Under the pieces are notes generated by a model that worked only from the letters and a program-made list of their open reading frames with translations, had not been told where the DNA came from and made no database searches. From Chloroflexi bacterium UBA5189 (GTDB lineage: Bacteria; Chloroflexota; Limnocylindria; Limnocylindrales; CSP1-4), in NCBI GenBank assembly GCA_002413045.1, contig DHWF01000051.1, forward strand, positions 90,964-154,963: a stretch of 64,000 nucleotides of DNA, read 5' to 3'. Shown here in pieces: positions 62,756-64,000 of the stretch (its first letter is position 1; every line of letters begins with the position of its first letter). The position numbers and the translations under genes are program-made.

Positions 62756-63103
62756 GTGCGTCGTCGCAAGGTCACCTATCCGCCGCCGAAGACGGCAACG
62801 TCCGGCGGCTCGGCCAGTGCATCGGTGGTGGACGCACGCGCAGCAGCGAACGCCAGCCGCGCGGTCTCCATCAACCTCGAAGCCAAGGTCGGCCGGCCCT
62901 CGATCGTCCAGGGCGCCCGCGTCCAGATCGGCAGCGGGCTGTACATGGGCGAGATCGCCGTCGTCGAATCGGTGGTGGGCGGCGTCATTCCCGCTGCTGT
63001 CGTCCGCACCGAAGCGGGGCGCACGCGCCGCGTCCGCACGGTCGATCTCGTGCTCTACCGCGGCGAATCACCGGCCGCTCCGGAGAGCCAACCCCAGGGT
63101 TAG
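62756..63103 (+). CDS. hypothetical protein with KOW/SH3-like C-terminal segment (guess)
   Basis: GTG 3 nt after the upstream stop. GARVQIGSGLYMGEIAVVESV...RVRTVDL. Confidence 0.45.
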   Translation: MRRRKVTYPPPKTATSGGSASASVVDARAAANASRAVSINLEAKVGRPSIVQGARVQIGSGLYMGEIAVVESVVGGVIPAAVVRTEAGRTRRVRTVDLVLYRGESPAAPESQPQG

Positions 63104-63121
63104 TGCGATCGACGTCAGGCC

Positions 63122-63520
63122 CTAAGCCTGCGACGGCTCGACATTCCCTTCCGGTTGCGGGAACCCGAGGCGCTGGGCATCGCGGAACCGATCGCCGGCC
63201 TCTGTCTCGGCGCGCTGCGCATCATCGAGTGCAGTATCCGCGTCGGCCCTGTCACCGGCTGCCGCCGTTGCGCTGACCATCGCGGCTTCGGCCGTTCGGT
63301 TGGCTGCTTCCGACGCGCGTTCTGCCGCAACCTGGCTGAGCCGGGCGGCGTCGCTTGTCTCCTGGGCGGCAACTCGCGCCACCTGGGCAGCCCGCTCTGC
63401 GAGCGACGCGCTGTCGGCGTTTGCCTGGGCGGCAGCCACGTCGCGCTCGGCGGCTCGCCAATCCCCGAGCAGCTCCGCTGCAGAATGCTTGCCCAGCCTG
63501 CGGCCTTCTGCTTCAGCCAT
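63122..63520 (-). CDS. hypothetical alanine-rich coiled-coil protein
   Basis: GGAGGAG SD followed by ATG. A/E/R/D-rich heptad-like sequence. Confidence 0.55.
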   Translation of the reverse strand: MAEAEGRRLGKHSAAELLGDWRAAERDVAAAQANADSASLAERAAQVARVAAQETSDAARLSQVAAERASEAANRTAEAAMVSATAAAGDRADADTALDDAQRAETEAGDRFRDAQRLGFPQPEGNVEPSQA

Positions 63521-64000
63521 CGACCATCTCCTCCAACCGCTCGACGAACTGCAGGTCGTGTGAGACCGGAAGCGCGATCCGCTCGCGGGGGAGGATACCT
63601 ACCGGGCGTTGAGGCCGGCTTGCAGTGCTCCCGCTCGGCATTGCACCGCAATCGAACGCGCGAAGCTCAGCGCGAGGGGTCGGTCCTTGCGATGCGTTCG
63701 CCGGGCATCGTCGTGAACTGGCGACTGCCGCCGCCCAGCTGCGCCGGACCGGCGCCGTTCGTCGGCCGAGACTGGTTCGTTGCGCGAGGGCCGCTCACCG
63801 ATCGATGCGCAGGAGCCGCTCCTTCCGGTCGATAGGGCGCGGTTCGATGCGCCGGTGCGGGCCGCCCGGCTTCGGTGGGTCGCCCGGGCGCTCGGCGCCG
63901 CGGTGCGCCCCGGCCCTGGGGGCCAGCCCCGGCCGATGCGTAGGCGCGACTCGAGGTAGGCCGCCCGCCGCCGCGCCGGATCTCGCGGATCGGCTCGGCG

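Noticed and set aside
63521-64000. Possible genes at the right edge: a minus-strand frame ending ...HDLQFVERLEEMVDG at ~63514, and a 43-codon GTG ORF ending ~63672
   Set aside because: Candidate frames are short, switch GC3 quality within a few dozen codons, lack convincing starts, and the region is cut by the window edge. It is left unannotated.

Overview
Very GC-rich, strongly GC3-biased chromosomal segment. The gene content looks actinobacterial: F420-dependent LLM and DDN-type enzymes, DUF3558 lipoproteins, a septum-formation-family protein, a mycothiol-type DinB protein and a SARP regulator. I support about 75 protein-coding genes. I found no rRNA, tRNA, CRISPR array or intact mobile element.

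Gene content in window order:
- an FtsX permease with two ABC ATPases
- hflX
- an alpha/beta hydrolase interrupted by an in-frame TAG
- a CPBP protease paired with an arrestin-like protein
- F420-type oxidoreductases
- a VapBC toxin-antitoxin pair
- a class III cyclase-ATPase-TPR (STAND) protein, plus a deletion remnant of a paralog about 8 kb away
- many small VOC, cupin, DinB and DHFR-like accessory genes
- a SARP-NB-ARC-TPR regulator followed by a lipoprotein, a 1513-aa RHS/YD-repeat lipoprotein and a second lipoprotein
- an NfeD-flotillin-TelA operon
- a double ABC-2 exporter
- an S1 protease and a flavin amine oxidase
- a NarL-type two-component system
- a DRG-like GTPase
- agmatinase

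Most interesting signals:
1. Textbook SARP-type heptamer arrays (TCGAGCC-like units in strict 11-bp phase) lie directly downstream of the SARP gene. They sit in a promoter/leader/signal-peptide cassette that is duplicated in front of both lipoprotein genes flanking the RHS gene.
2. The RHS protein carries a Cys-rich VWD domain plus a PPC-like C-terminus where a toxin domain would normally be. No immunity-like gene is visible.
3. Two diverged ~230-nt direct repeats rich in CUUG/CUCG-loop hairpins bracket the hydrolase pseudogene. The first copy overlaps the 3' end of hflX.
4. The window holds an unusual number of disrupted genes: in-frame TAG, TAA and TGA stops, a frame switch, a TelA gene without a canonical start codon, and a ~2.9-kb internal deletion.

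All functional calls come from reading motifs by eye. No database search was run.
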